From Candidatus Campbellbacteria bacterium (GTDB taxonomy: Bacteria > Patescibacteriota > Minisyncoccia > Phycocordibacterales > GCA-2747955), in assembly GCA_002747955.1 (NCBI GenBank), contig PDQZ01000008.1, positions 79,425 to 143,424 of the forward strand: 64,000 bases of DNA, read 5' to 3'. How positions within the stretch are numbered: the first letter of the stretch is position 1; each line of letters opens with the position of its first letter. Under the pieces are notes generated by a model that searched no databases, had not been told where the DNA came from, and saw only the letters and a list, made by a program, of their open reading frames with translations. Of the stretch, positions 10,201 to 16,949 are shown in pieces. A program made the position numbers and the translations under genes.

Positions 10201-10310
10201 ATTTTGAAAATAATTATGGGACAAATTATTGTAACGAGAGAAACCATCATTGGGATGTAATATTTAAAACAAATTATAAATTTAAAGAAATAAAATATGA
10301 AAAAGATTAA
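7281..10310 (+). CDS. giant membrane-anchored cell-wall hydrolase-like protein: acidic low-complexity linkers, PG_binding_1 domain, C-terminal M15/LAS-type zinc-peptidase-like domain
   Basis: N-terminal TM; PG-binding repeat IQKYLNKKGYNAGTPDGIFGNKTKNALKDFQKDNRLTPDGKFG; C-terminus has SISHWNGWKLDIDI (SxHxxGxAxD motif of VanY/M15 peptidases) and a downstream NHHW. Confidence 0.5.
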   Translation: MDMGQKKFREIFFKNTFTKKAVVLTALFLFIFFVSTGVFSKDLQNQKEQIENIKQTKKMQVLPSAKLAQQDLETPLENQEPENSTEKSEEQNSENPVEEKQEENTQNNPATKTQVEQEAQEVTNEQEIEITVQEPLELKAEKIEEKVDKEEKQEEKKEEAKNPTKNLLETYTGFGKTLNITIHSKVGQNLNWNQASSWEEDRVPEDRDVVYISENSNIFIPLNTIIKSTIINRGEIEFEEIPISSIEDEQIRILTNLQCQDGFCHYKAKTETSIKDVYNEGKSTGYVKLYGNAYNSGNWSAFSVIYENSNKTDKIIFNNNFFNTVNTENYIAFNKNQKFNFDIYGAKITLKKDTIFEGAVIDTSFGNKEGKNNLNIILQKGFSTLTIKSDETVSNNLILSGTNQNYIFNRMDGFEKITVEKTNMFSKVMFENIYSNLINHGKTSLNLMSRAYFSGDVINTGEIKINGEIFFKLKNNKKFKYLISHNETLNQEEKDELEQKQEVIQTSNLIPYLENKDHYNYIHTLQENNYKSFKLFSYSESDDEGENEEEVENEEETENNQGKEENNEEEPVDEQVEKPKKQKKKKGYRRRVVNNNVKKNQEEQNIQDRIKELEEKVKELKEKLKEKLEDEAVRADEGKGDEEFEEEEIEDEINLISKCLGLKSKERVLSKWNDDSKSTRQIQKYLNKKGYNAGTPDGIFGNKTKNALKDFQKDNRLTPDGKFGKQTVRYIDKHCYDDVIENKNEIEKEPEEEIEQAEEKEETQTSNETKNENTENPVEITENSETETQTENLTQEERIENLKEFLEKANSEKTIPQCTEDGVVNEEIEEEKERKPISLIFERPDKTILEIPYTELYDIEKNEFKDNYALIESLGLKWSSTGGNCKDRNNGSCTSLNGVRINSILGVIDLNQKCGNCGVKITGGNEVGHSGEGVPGSISHWNGWKLDIDITNLELKKYVEKLKIAQKKYYCVENFENNYGTNYCNERNHHWDVIFKTNYKFKEIKYEKD
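9289..9790 (+). repeat. PG-binding plus acidic-linker cassette, copy 1 (internal to the giant protein)
   Basis: About 90% nt identity to 11710..12200 and partially to 13436..13684. Confidence 0.8.
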
Positions 10311-11082
10311 AATAATAATAATGTGTTTTGCAACGATGTTGTTTTTACAAAGCAATGTTTTTTCAGAGAATGTTAATTTTAAAATAAAGTTAACAGAATT
10401 AGAGGGAAATGAAAAAGTTGATAATGTGGAATTTAAAAAAGAAGGTAGGGGTAAGATTTTTGTTGATGGAAACTTAATATTTAATGGAATGACAAATAAA
10501 CAGTTAGATCCTTTAAGACAGGTTTCTTTTAAAAAAATTGGAAGTGGAATATATTTTTTCGTTTGTTCGGAAGTTTGTGATGAGTTTATTTATTTTAACA
10601 AAAAAATACATAAAATAGATACTAATGTTAAATGGTACGGAGCGAATTACATAAAAGAAGTAGGTGGAAATATATTTTTTGCAACAATGTTGGATGATGT
10701 ATTCTCAGTTTTTGTATTTGATAAGGAAAAAGAAAAACAAGTTGGGGGTAGATCATTTATCCTTAAAGATGAGTTTAACGACTTTGAAGTTATAGACAAT
10801 AACTTAATCATTAAAAATGATAATAAAATTGTAAAAAAGGTTAGTTTAGATTCTTTTAGTGAGAGGAGTCTTTATAATGATAATAAAATTCGCACAGACA
10901 AGTTATTGAAAGAAGAAAAAAAGTTGGAAGAGGAAAAAGAGAAAGAGAAAGATGTTAAAAGTGATGAAGTAATCGAAAAATCAGAAAAAATATCAAATAA
11001 TAATCTAATCGTTGTTTCTACATTAGCAATTTTGATTTTATTTGTGATTTCACTATTTGTGATAAAAAGAAATAAAATATGA
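10297..11082 (+). CDS. hypothetical secreted protein with C-terminal TM anchor
   Basis: signal-peptide-like N-terminus MKKIKIIIMCFATMLFLQSNVFS; C-terminal LIVVSTLAILILFVISLFVI; overlaps the upstream gene by 14 nt. Confidence 0.4.
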   Translation: MKKIKIIIMCFATMLFLQSNVFSENVNFKIKLTELEGNEKVDNVEFKKEGRGKIFVDGNLIFNGMTNKQLDPLRQVSFKKIGSGIYFFVCSEVCDEFIYFNKKIHKIDTNVKWYGANYIKEVGGNIFFATMLDDVFSVFVFDKEKEKQVGGRSFILKDEFNDFEVIDNNLIIKNDNKIVKKVSLDSFSERSLYNDNKIRTDKLLKEEKKLEEEKEKEKDVKSDEVIEKSEKISNNNLIVVSTLAILILFVISLFVIKRNKI

Positions 11083-11669
11083 AGAAAAAAATAATACAAT
11101 TAATTATACTATTTTTTATAATAATAATTATCATTATAGTAGTAACAAAAAGTCAAAAAACCAATATAACAAATCAAGATAATATCATACAAGAAAGCGA
11201 TAAAAATTTTTGGAGTAAGAATAATTGTTTTAGACCTGTGCCAGAAAGTTTTGTTATAAAAAATAAATTTTTAAAAGATTATAGTGTTTCTTTAAATAAA
11301 GAAAAGGGTTATTTGTTAGAAAAATTTGTTCTAAATGATAAAAAATTTGAAGTAATACAATATGGCTGCAATTCTTTTATAATTAAATTTTTAGTTCCAA
11401 TTGATGAAAGTCAAGTTGTAAAAGAAATTAACAATAATTTTTTGCATTTCGTTGTTGATGAATTGGATGAAGTGAAAAAAGTTTATAAAGATGATTTTAT
11501 AAAAATAATATCTAATATTTTATTGGAAAAAAAAGATTTGGTGAAATTTAATCACGTGGTCTATTCTACTTGTGGTGGTGAATTGTGTAATAACTATATA
11601 GTTTTGTCCGAAATAAAAAAAATAGGTAATGAGTATTATGTGCCAGTTAAATTTGTTCAAGACTATTAA
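11079..11669 (+). CDS. hypothetical N-terminally anchored protein
   Basis: ATGA overlap with the upstream stop; N-terminal TM IIQLIILFFIIIIIIIVV; Cys-containing soluble domain. Confidence 0.4.
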   Translation: MKKKIIQLIILFFIIIIIIIVVTKSQKTNITNQDNIIQESDKNFWSKNNCFRPVPESFVIKNKFLKDYSVSLNKEKGYLLEKFVLNDKKFEVIQYGCNSFIIKFLVPIDESQVVKEINNNFLHFVVDELDEVKKVYKDDFIKIISNILLEKKDLVKFNHVVYSTCGGELCNNYIVLSEIKKIGNEYYVPVKFVQDY

Positions 11670-11702
11670 AAATTAAGAAATTTAAGTTCAAAACTAAATC
11701 TT

Positions 11703-12923
11703 TTGAAAAAAGGTTCAAAAGACAAAAAAGCAATCAAGCAACTTCAAAAATACTTAAACAAAAAAGGTTACAAAGCAGGTTATGCTGATGGAATATTTGG
11801 AAACAAAACAAAAAATGCTTTAAAAGATTTTCAAAAAGATAATAACTTAAAAGTTGATGGAAAGTTTGGAAGACAAACTGCAAGATATATTGATAAACAT
11901 TGTTACGATGATGTGATAGAAAGCAAAAATGAGATAGAAAAGGAAGCAGAAGAAGAGATTGAACAGGTGGAAGAGAAAGAAGAAACACAAACTTCAAACG
12001 AAACAGAAAACGAAAATACAGAAAATCCAGTTGAAACGACAGAGGATTCAGAAATTGAAACTCAAACTGAAAACCTAACACAAGAAGAAAGAGTAGAAAA
12101 TTTAAAAGAATTTCTTGAAAAAGCAAATTCAGAAAAAACAATTCCGCAATGTACGGAAGACGGAATTATTAATGAAGAGATTGAGGAAGAGGAAGCAGTT
12201 GTAGAGGAATTATTGACACAAGAAATTTTAAAACAAGCATTTGGCTTAAATGTAGATAAAGAGATTGTTGATAAATTTAATGAACTAATGCCTTTATACG
12301 AAATAGATAATAAATATAGAATTTCACATTTTTTAAGTCAGTTGGCGCATGAGTCAGGTATTAGAAATATTCCAGAACATCATAATTATAGCAAGACAAG
12401 ATTATTAAGACAATTTGGGTGCGGATATAAAACAGTGAATGGTAAAAGAATAAAACAGTGGGACAAGAGAAAAAAAACATGCAAACCAGGTTATAAAAAA
12501 AGAGTAAATACATTATGGAAAAATCCTGAAAAATATGTAAACAGCCCTAATTTGTTTAATTTAGTATATAGCAAGATAATAGGTAATGGAAGTGTTGAGA
12601 GTGGGGATGGGTTTAGGTATAGGGGGAGAGGTATAATTCAATTAACTGGAAAAGCAAATTATCGAAATTTTACAAAATATTATCAAAGAAAAACTGGAAA
12701 AAAAGTTGATTTTGTAAAAAATCCTGATTTGGTATTAGTTCCTGAATATTCTGTTTCATCAGCCTTTTGGTATTGGCATTCAAGAGGTGTTAATAAATAT
12801 GCTGTGGATGATAGGGAGGAAACTATTGTAGTTGTTACTAAAAAAGTAAATGGTGGAACTAACGGTTTAGAAGATAGAAAAAATAAATTTTATAAAATAT
12901 ATAATTTAATTAAAGATAAATAA
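11703..12923 (+). CDS. GH19-family lysozyme/chitinase-like peptidoglycan hydrolase with N-terminal PG_binding_1 domain and acidic linker
   Basis: TTG start; PG-binding module; C-terminal FLSQLAHESG and YRGRGIIQLTGKANYRNF...SAFWYWH match the GH19 signature (SHETG / GRGPIQL / AFWFWM). Confidence 0.65.
   Translation: MKKGSKDKKAIKQLQKYLNKKGYKAGYADGIFGNKTKNALKDFQKDNNLKVDGKFGRQTARYIDKHCYDDVIESKNEIEKEAEEEIEQVEEKEETQTSNETENENTENPVETTEDSEIETQTENLTQEERVENLKEFLEKANSEKTIPQCTEDGIINEEIEEEEAVVEELLTQEILKQAFGLNVDKEIVDKFNELMPLYEIDNKYRISHFLSQLAHESGIRNIPEHHNYSKTRLLRQFGCGYKTVNGKRIKQWDKRKKTCKPGYKKRVNTLWKNPEKYVNSPNLFNLVYSKIIGNGSVESGDGFRYRGRGIIQLTGKANYRNFTKYYQRKTGKKVDFVKNPDLVLVPEYSVSSAFWYWHSRGVNKYAVDDREETIVVVTKKVNGGTNGLEDRKNKFYKIYNLIKDK
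11710..12200 (+). repeat. PG-binding plus acidic-linker cassette, copy 2
   Basis: Near-identical to 9289..9790. Confidence 0.8.
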
Positions 12924-12928
12924 AAGAT

Positions 12929-13426
12929 ATGAAAAAATATATAACAATATTAATCACTATAATATTAATGGTATTATTAATTTGGTTTTTAAGTAAAGAA
13001 TATTATAAGCATGCAAGAGAAAATGATATAGGAAATAATATTATTATAGAACAAGATGAGTATGAAAAAGATAAAAGCATTTTTTTACATCATGAGGGCA
13101 AGAAGATAAAAATACATGATTTGAAACCAAAATACACTGTTCCAGAAAATTACATTGACCACTTTACCTATAAAACAAAAGATAATAAACAATATATTGT
13201 GTTGGTAGTAAGTTGGGAGGCAAAAGATGAAGAAGGATTTGTTGATAAAGATAATACAATATACATTTATGATTTAGAAGGAAAGAATGTTAATAAAGAT
13301 GAAAAATATGTTTGGTTTGGAAAATGGTTTGGCGAGAATGACGATCAAACGGTGATGTATGAAAAAAAAGATAGAAAATACATTATCGATGAGATGAAAA
13401 AACTTGAACTAGAAAATAAAATTTAA
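12929..13426 (+). CDS. hypothetical N-terminally anchored protein
   Basis: N-terminal TM ITILITIILMVLLIWFL; TAA stop at 13424-13426. Confidence 0.4.
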   Translation: MKKYITILITIILMVLLIWFLSKEYYKHARENDIGNNIIIEQDEYEKDKSIFLHHEGKKIKIHDLKPKYTVPENYIDHFTYKTKDNKQYIVLVVSWEAKDEEGFVDKDNTIYIYDLEGKNVNKDEKYVWFGKWFGENDDQTVMYEKKDRKYIIDEMKKLELENKI

Positions 13427-13684
13427 AAAAGAAAAGGTTCAAAAGACAAAACATCAATCAAACAACTTCAAAAATACTTAAACAAAAAAGGTTACAACGC
13501 AGGTTATCCTGACGGTATATTTGGAAACAAAACAAAAAGTGCTTTAAAAGATTTTCAAAAAGACAACAGTCTAACAGTTGACGGAAAGTTTGGGAAACAA
13601 ACAGTAAGATATATTGATAAACATTGTTACGATGATGTGATAGAAAACAAAAATGAAATAGAAAAGGAAAAACAAAAAACATAA
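13427..13684 (+). pseudogene. orphan PG_binding_1 cassette fragment (copy 3), in-frame with 12929..13426 across a single TAA
   Basis: Encodes KGSKDKTSIKQLQKYLNKKGYNAGYPDGIFGNKTKSALKDFQKDNSLTVDGKFGKQTVRYIDKHCYDDVIENKNEIEKE; no start codon; the stop of the upstream ORF lies immediately in-frame before it. Confidence 0.5.
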
Positions 13685-13747
13685 AAAACATTTAGCAGGA
13701 AAACAAATTTAATAGTTTGTTTTTCTTTTTTGTGTTAAAATGATTTT

Positions 13748-14575
13748 ATGAAATATATTGATACACATTCTCATTTGTATGATGATAAATATACGCAAGA
13801 AGAAAGAAAAGAAGTTTTGGAAGAAATGAAAAAACAAGACATTTGGACAGTTTCGATTTCTTGTGATCAAAAAACTTGTTTACAAGCCCTTGCTTTGGCT
13901 TTGGAAAATGAAAATATTTACGCGTCAGTTGGAAATCACCCTTTTGACAATAGGAAAGAAAAGTTTGATTCTGAATTTTATCAAAAAATTGTTAGTCAAA
14001 ATAAAGACCAGATTGTTTGTGTGGGGGAGTGTGGTCTTGATTATTATTATTTAAAACGCCAAATTAAAGAAGGAGAAATCACTCAGCAAGACTTTGAAAA
14101 TGATCAAAAAAGACAGTTTGAAATGTTTGAGCAACATATTGATTTTGCTGTTAAAAACAATTTGCCTTTAATGCTTCACGTTCGAAGTTACAAAAAGCAA
14201 GACGCTCACAAAGATGCTTTGGAAATTTTAGACAAAAAACAAAAAGAACATAATGGAAAAATCAAAGCTTGTTTTCACTTTTTCACTGAAAACAGAAAAA
14301 TCGCAAGGCAAATTTTGGAAAGAGGATATTATATTTCACTTCCAGGAGTGATTACTTTTGCCGATTTAGATTTGTTGGTTGCTGAGTTACCACTTGATAA
14401 AATTTTGTCTGAAACAGATTCACCTTATGCAGCACCTGTTCCTTACCGAGGAAAAAATAACAACCCAGTTTATGTAAAAGAAGTTGTTAAAAAAATAGCA
14501 GAAGTTAAAGGACTTGATCAGAAAGAGTGTAACGAGCAGTTGGTCAAAAATGCAAAAAATTTTTTTGGAATTTAG
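13748..14575 (+). CDS. tatD: TatD-family metal-dependent hydrolase
   Basis: MKYIDTHSHL N-terminal motif, GECGLDYY, C-terminal SETDSPY. Confidence 0.8.
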   Translation: MKYIDTHSHLYDDKYTQEERKEVLEEMKKQDIWTVSISCDQKTCLQALALALENENIYASVGNHPFDNRKEKFDSEFYQKIVSQNKDQIVCVGECGLDYYYLKRQIKEGEITQQDFENDQKRQFEMFEQHIDFAVKNNLPLMLHVRSYKKQDAHKDALEILDKKQKEHNGKIKACFHFFTENRKIARQILERGYYISLPGVITFADLDLLVAELPLDKILSETDSPYAAPVPYRGKNNNPVYVKEVVKKIAEVKGLDQKECNEQLVKNAKNFFGI

Positions 14576-14580
14576 AAAAT

Positions 14581-14668
14581 AAAGCCCCAAATTTTGAAAA
14601 ATTTTTTAGAAAAAACGAAAGACAAAGTCTTTCGTTTTTTCCAAAAAATTTTTCAAAATTTGGGGATT
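14581..14668. repeat. long perfect-palindrome hairpin element (family member); bidirectional terminator between tatD and rnhA
   Basis: about 43-bp arms aaagccccaaattttgaaaaatttttt... around gacaaagtc; right arm overlaps the rnhA stop. Confidence 0.7.
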
Positions 14669-15168
14669 TATTTTAAATAATTATCTTCTTTTCCAACATA
14701 CAAATCAAACTCTGTTCTCATGGCAGAAAATCTTGCAATATCGTCTACTCGTTCGTTGTACTTTTGTCCGTTGTGAGCTTTAACATGGAAGTATTTTATT
14801 TTGTTGTCAGTTTTAATCATCTTTTCCATATTGTAAATATTTTGCCAAAGTTTTTTATTTTTAACTTCTTTTTTAGCAGAATTTTTCCAGCCGTTTTTAA
14901 TCCAGCTTTCAATCCATTCAGTTAAACCTTGAATGACATATTTTGAATCAGAATAAATTTGAATATCATATTCTTGTGCATTTTTGGAAATAATAGTTTC
15001 AAAAGCTTTGTAAATAGCCATCATTTCCATTTGGTTGTTTGTGGCATTTGCTTGGTAGCCTGCCATCTCCATAACTTTTTTATTTGCAAAAAAAATCACA
15101 CCCCAGCCACCATCTCCTGGATTATTTAAACTTGAACCATCTGTATAAATTAGCATTTTTTTCATCAA
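14668..15168 (-). CDS. rnhA: ribonuclease HI
   Basis: MLIYTDGSSLNNPGDGGWGV, NNQMEMMAIYKAFE, YSDSKYVIQG and HNGQKYNERVDDIAR match the RNase H DEDD fold. Confidence 0.8.
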   Translation of the reverse strand: MMKKMLIYTDGSSLNNPGDGGWGVIFFANKKVMEMAGYQANATNNQMEMMAIYKAFETIISKNAQEYDIQIYSDSKYVIQGLTEWIESWIKNGWKNSAKKEVKNKKLWQNIYNMEKMIKTDNKIKYFHVKAHNGQKYNERVDDIARFSAMRTEFDLYVGKEDNYLK

Positions 15169-15204
15169 AGTTATTTTAACATTTTTTGAAAATAAAAACT
15201 AATA

Positions 15205-15285
15205 AAAAGCCCGAAAATTTAATTTTGAAAAAGCTGAGAGGCCTTGCCTCTCAACTTTTTCAAAATTAAATTTTCGGGCTTTTTA
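15205..15285. repeat. long perfect-palindrome hairpin element (family member) in a divergent intergenic region
   Basis: aaaaagcccgaaaatttaattttgaaaaagctgagaggc-cttg-gcctctcagctttttcaaaattaaattttcgggcttttt; apex carries the GGCCTTGCC core. Confidence 0.7.
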
Positions 15286-15313
15286 GATCAAAAAATGATA
15301 TAATGTTTTTATT

Positions 15314-16378
15314 ATGGAAAACATCACAAGAAAAATATCATATACAGTTTTTGCTCTTTTGGGAGTTCCTGTGTTTTTATATTACAGCCGAGAAATTTTA
15401 ATCCCAATTGTTTTTGCTTTTTTGATTTGGTTTATTATTTTAATTTTCAAAAAATTTCTAGAAAAAATTAAAGTTTTTAATCACCAAATACCAAACTTTT
15501 TACAAAATATTATTTCAACAATAATTGTTTTTGTTTTAATTTTTGCAATTTCGTCTTTGGTGGCAGATAACGCAAATGAATTTGCTAAAGTTTTTCCAGA
15601 GTATAAAGAAAATGTAAATGCTCAAATTTTAAAACTTTCAGAATACACAAATGTAAACATTGTGGAAGGTATTACAAATTACATCAAAGGAATTAATTTC
15701 TCAAAAGTTCTTTACAGTTCTTTCGGTTTTGTCACAAACGCTATGGGAACACTGTTTCTGATTTTAATTTACGTTATTTTCCTTTCAGGAGAGAAAAAAT
15801 ATTTTAAAAAGAAACTTCAAAGTTCATTTAAAAACTCTCAAAGTTTAAAACACACAGAACTTGTTTTAGAAAAAATTTCATACTCAATTCAAAGATATTT
15901 ATCTTTAAAATCAACAATCAGTTTGTTAACAGCAGGATTGTCTTATATTGTTTTGGTTTTTGTAGGAGTTGATTTTGCTTTCTTGTGGGCATTTTTGATC
16001 TTTATTTTTAACTTTTTGCCAAATATCGGATCAATTATTGCAACTTTTTTTCCAACAGCTATTGCTTTGATTCAGTTTCCAACAATTACCGAAGGTATAA
16101 TCGTGCTTATTTCGATCACTGTTATTCAACTTATAGTAGGAAATGTGGTTGAACCAAAAGTTATTGGAAATTCTTTAAACTTAAGTTCTTTTGTAGTTAT
16201 TTTGTCCTTGGTCTTTTGGGGAGCTGTTTGGGGAATTGCTGGAATGTTTTTGTCAGTTCCGTTGATGGTTATTTTGATGATTATTTTGTCAAATATTGAA
16301 AAAACAAAACCCATTGCTATTTGGCTTTCTGCCACAGGGGAAGTTTCAAAAGTAAAAGGAATCGAAAAAATTAAATAA
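15314..16378 (+). CDS. AI-2E family (PerM/UPF0118) membrane transporter
   Basis: 8 predicted TM helices; C-terminal NLSSFVVILSLVFWGAVWGIAGMFLSVPLMVIL is typical of the family. Confidence 0.6.
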   Translation: MENITRKISYTVFALLGVPVFLYYSREILIPIVFAFLIWFIILIFKKFLEKIKVFNHQIPNFLQNIISTIIVFVLIFAISSLVADNANEFAKVFPEYKENVNAQILKLSEYTNVNIVEGITNYIKGINFSKVLYSSFGFVTNAMGTLFLILIYVIFLSGEKKYFKKKLQSSFKNSQSLKHTELVLEKISYSIQRYLSLKSTISLLTAGLSYIVLVFVGVDFAFLWAFLIFIFNFLPNIGSIIATFFPTAIALIQFPTITEGIIVLISITVIQLIVGNVVEPKVIGNSLNLSSFVVILSLVFWGAVWGIAGMFLSVPLMVILMIILSNIEKTKPIAIWLSATGEVSKVKGIEKIK

Positions 16379-16391
16379 TTTTTGATTAAAT

Positions 16392-16430
16392 AAAAAGCAG
16401 AATTTGCCTTCGGCAAATTCTGCTTTTTTT
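16392..16430. terminator. bidirectional intrinsic terminator between the transporter gene and ssrA
   Basis: aaaaagcagaatttgcc-ttcg-gcaaattctgcttttttt. Confidence 0.7.
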
Positions 16431-16432
16431 TG

Positions 16433-16831
16433 TGGAGATGGAGGGATTTGCACCCTCGTTCAAATAAACCTAATAAAAGTATCTACAATAATAGTTTATT
16501 TTAAAATATCATTTTTAAAAATAAAAAATAAACAAAATTTTTTAAAAACTATCTCTTGTAAATTCAACTGCATTTCAGAGAGTAAATACAGTTTATCTTG
16601 AAAATATTATCAGACAAACTTTCGTATCAAGAAATCAGAAAGCCGTCTGCCAACATAGCTGGGAGAATTTATCTCAACCTAAAACTATGCGTACGCGTAT
16701 GCTGGAGCAAATGGACTTGCCACTGCTTGTTTGAATTTTTTTGCATTTATATTCTTTGGAATTTTTACAATATTTCCAAATTGTATTGCAACTTGAATTA
16801 AAATTTTACTTGTCAAAGCTGGTACATCCCC
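16433..16831 (-). ncRNA. ssrA: transfer-messenger RNA (tmRNA, ssrA)
   Basis: Minus-strand 5-prime end GGGGAUGUACCAGCUUUGACAAG and 3-prime end GAGGGUGCAAAUCCCUCCAUCUCCA-A match the tmRNA tRNA-like domain, with a G3-U wobble in the acceptor stem and discriminator A. Candidate tag ORF GCA AAA AAA UUC ... GCA UAC GCG UAC GCA UAG, i.e. (A)KKFKQAVASPFAPAYAYA. Length about 400 nt. Consensus promoter directly upstream. Confidence 0.65.
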
Positions 16832-16842
16832 AGTTAGACATA

Positions 16843-16870
16843 ATTATATTTATTTTTTTAACTTTGTCAA
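16843..16870 (-). promoter_or_regulatory. sigma70-type promoter TTGACA-N16-TATAAT driving ssrA
   Basis: Minus strand reads ttgacaaagttaaaaaaataaatataat, 11 nt before the tmRNA G1. Confidence 0.6.
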
Positions 16871-16949
16871 ATTCAAAACTTGAATTTACTATATTCCAAA
16901 ATCATTTTTTCTTTTACTAATTTTTTGTTTATGATAAAATATAAAATAT

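Noticed and set aside
16433-16460. Apparent 3-prime tRNA fragment (T-arm plus acceptor) considered as an integrase attachment-site remnant
   Set aside because: The matching 5-prime strand GGGGAUG lies 400 nt away with a consensus promoter, so this is the 3-prime end of a tmRNA rather than a tRNA fragment or att site. No integrase gene nearby.
16404-16801. ORFs 16404..16601 and 16598..16801 (TTG starts)
   Set aside because: They lie entirely within the tmRNA gene on the opposite strand, have TTG starts and no SD or promoter, and are much better explained as noncoding.
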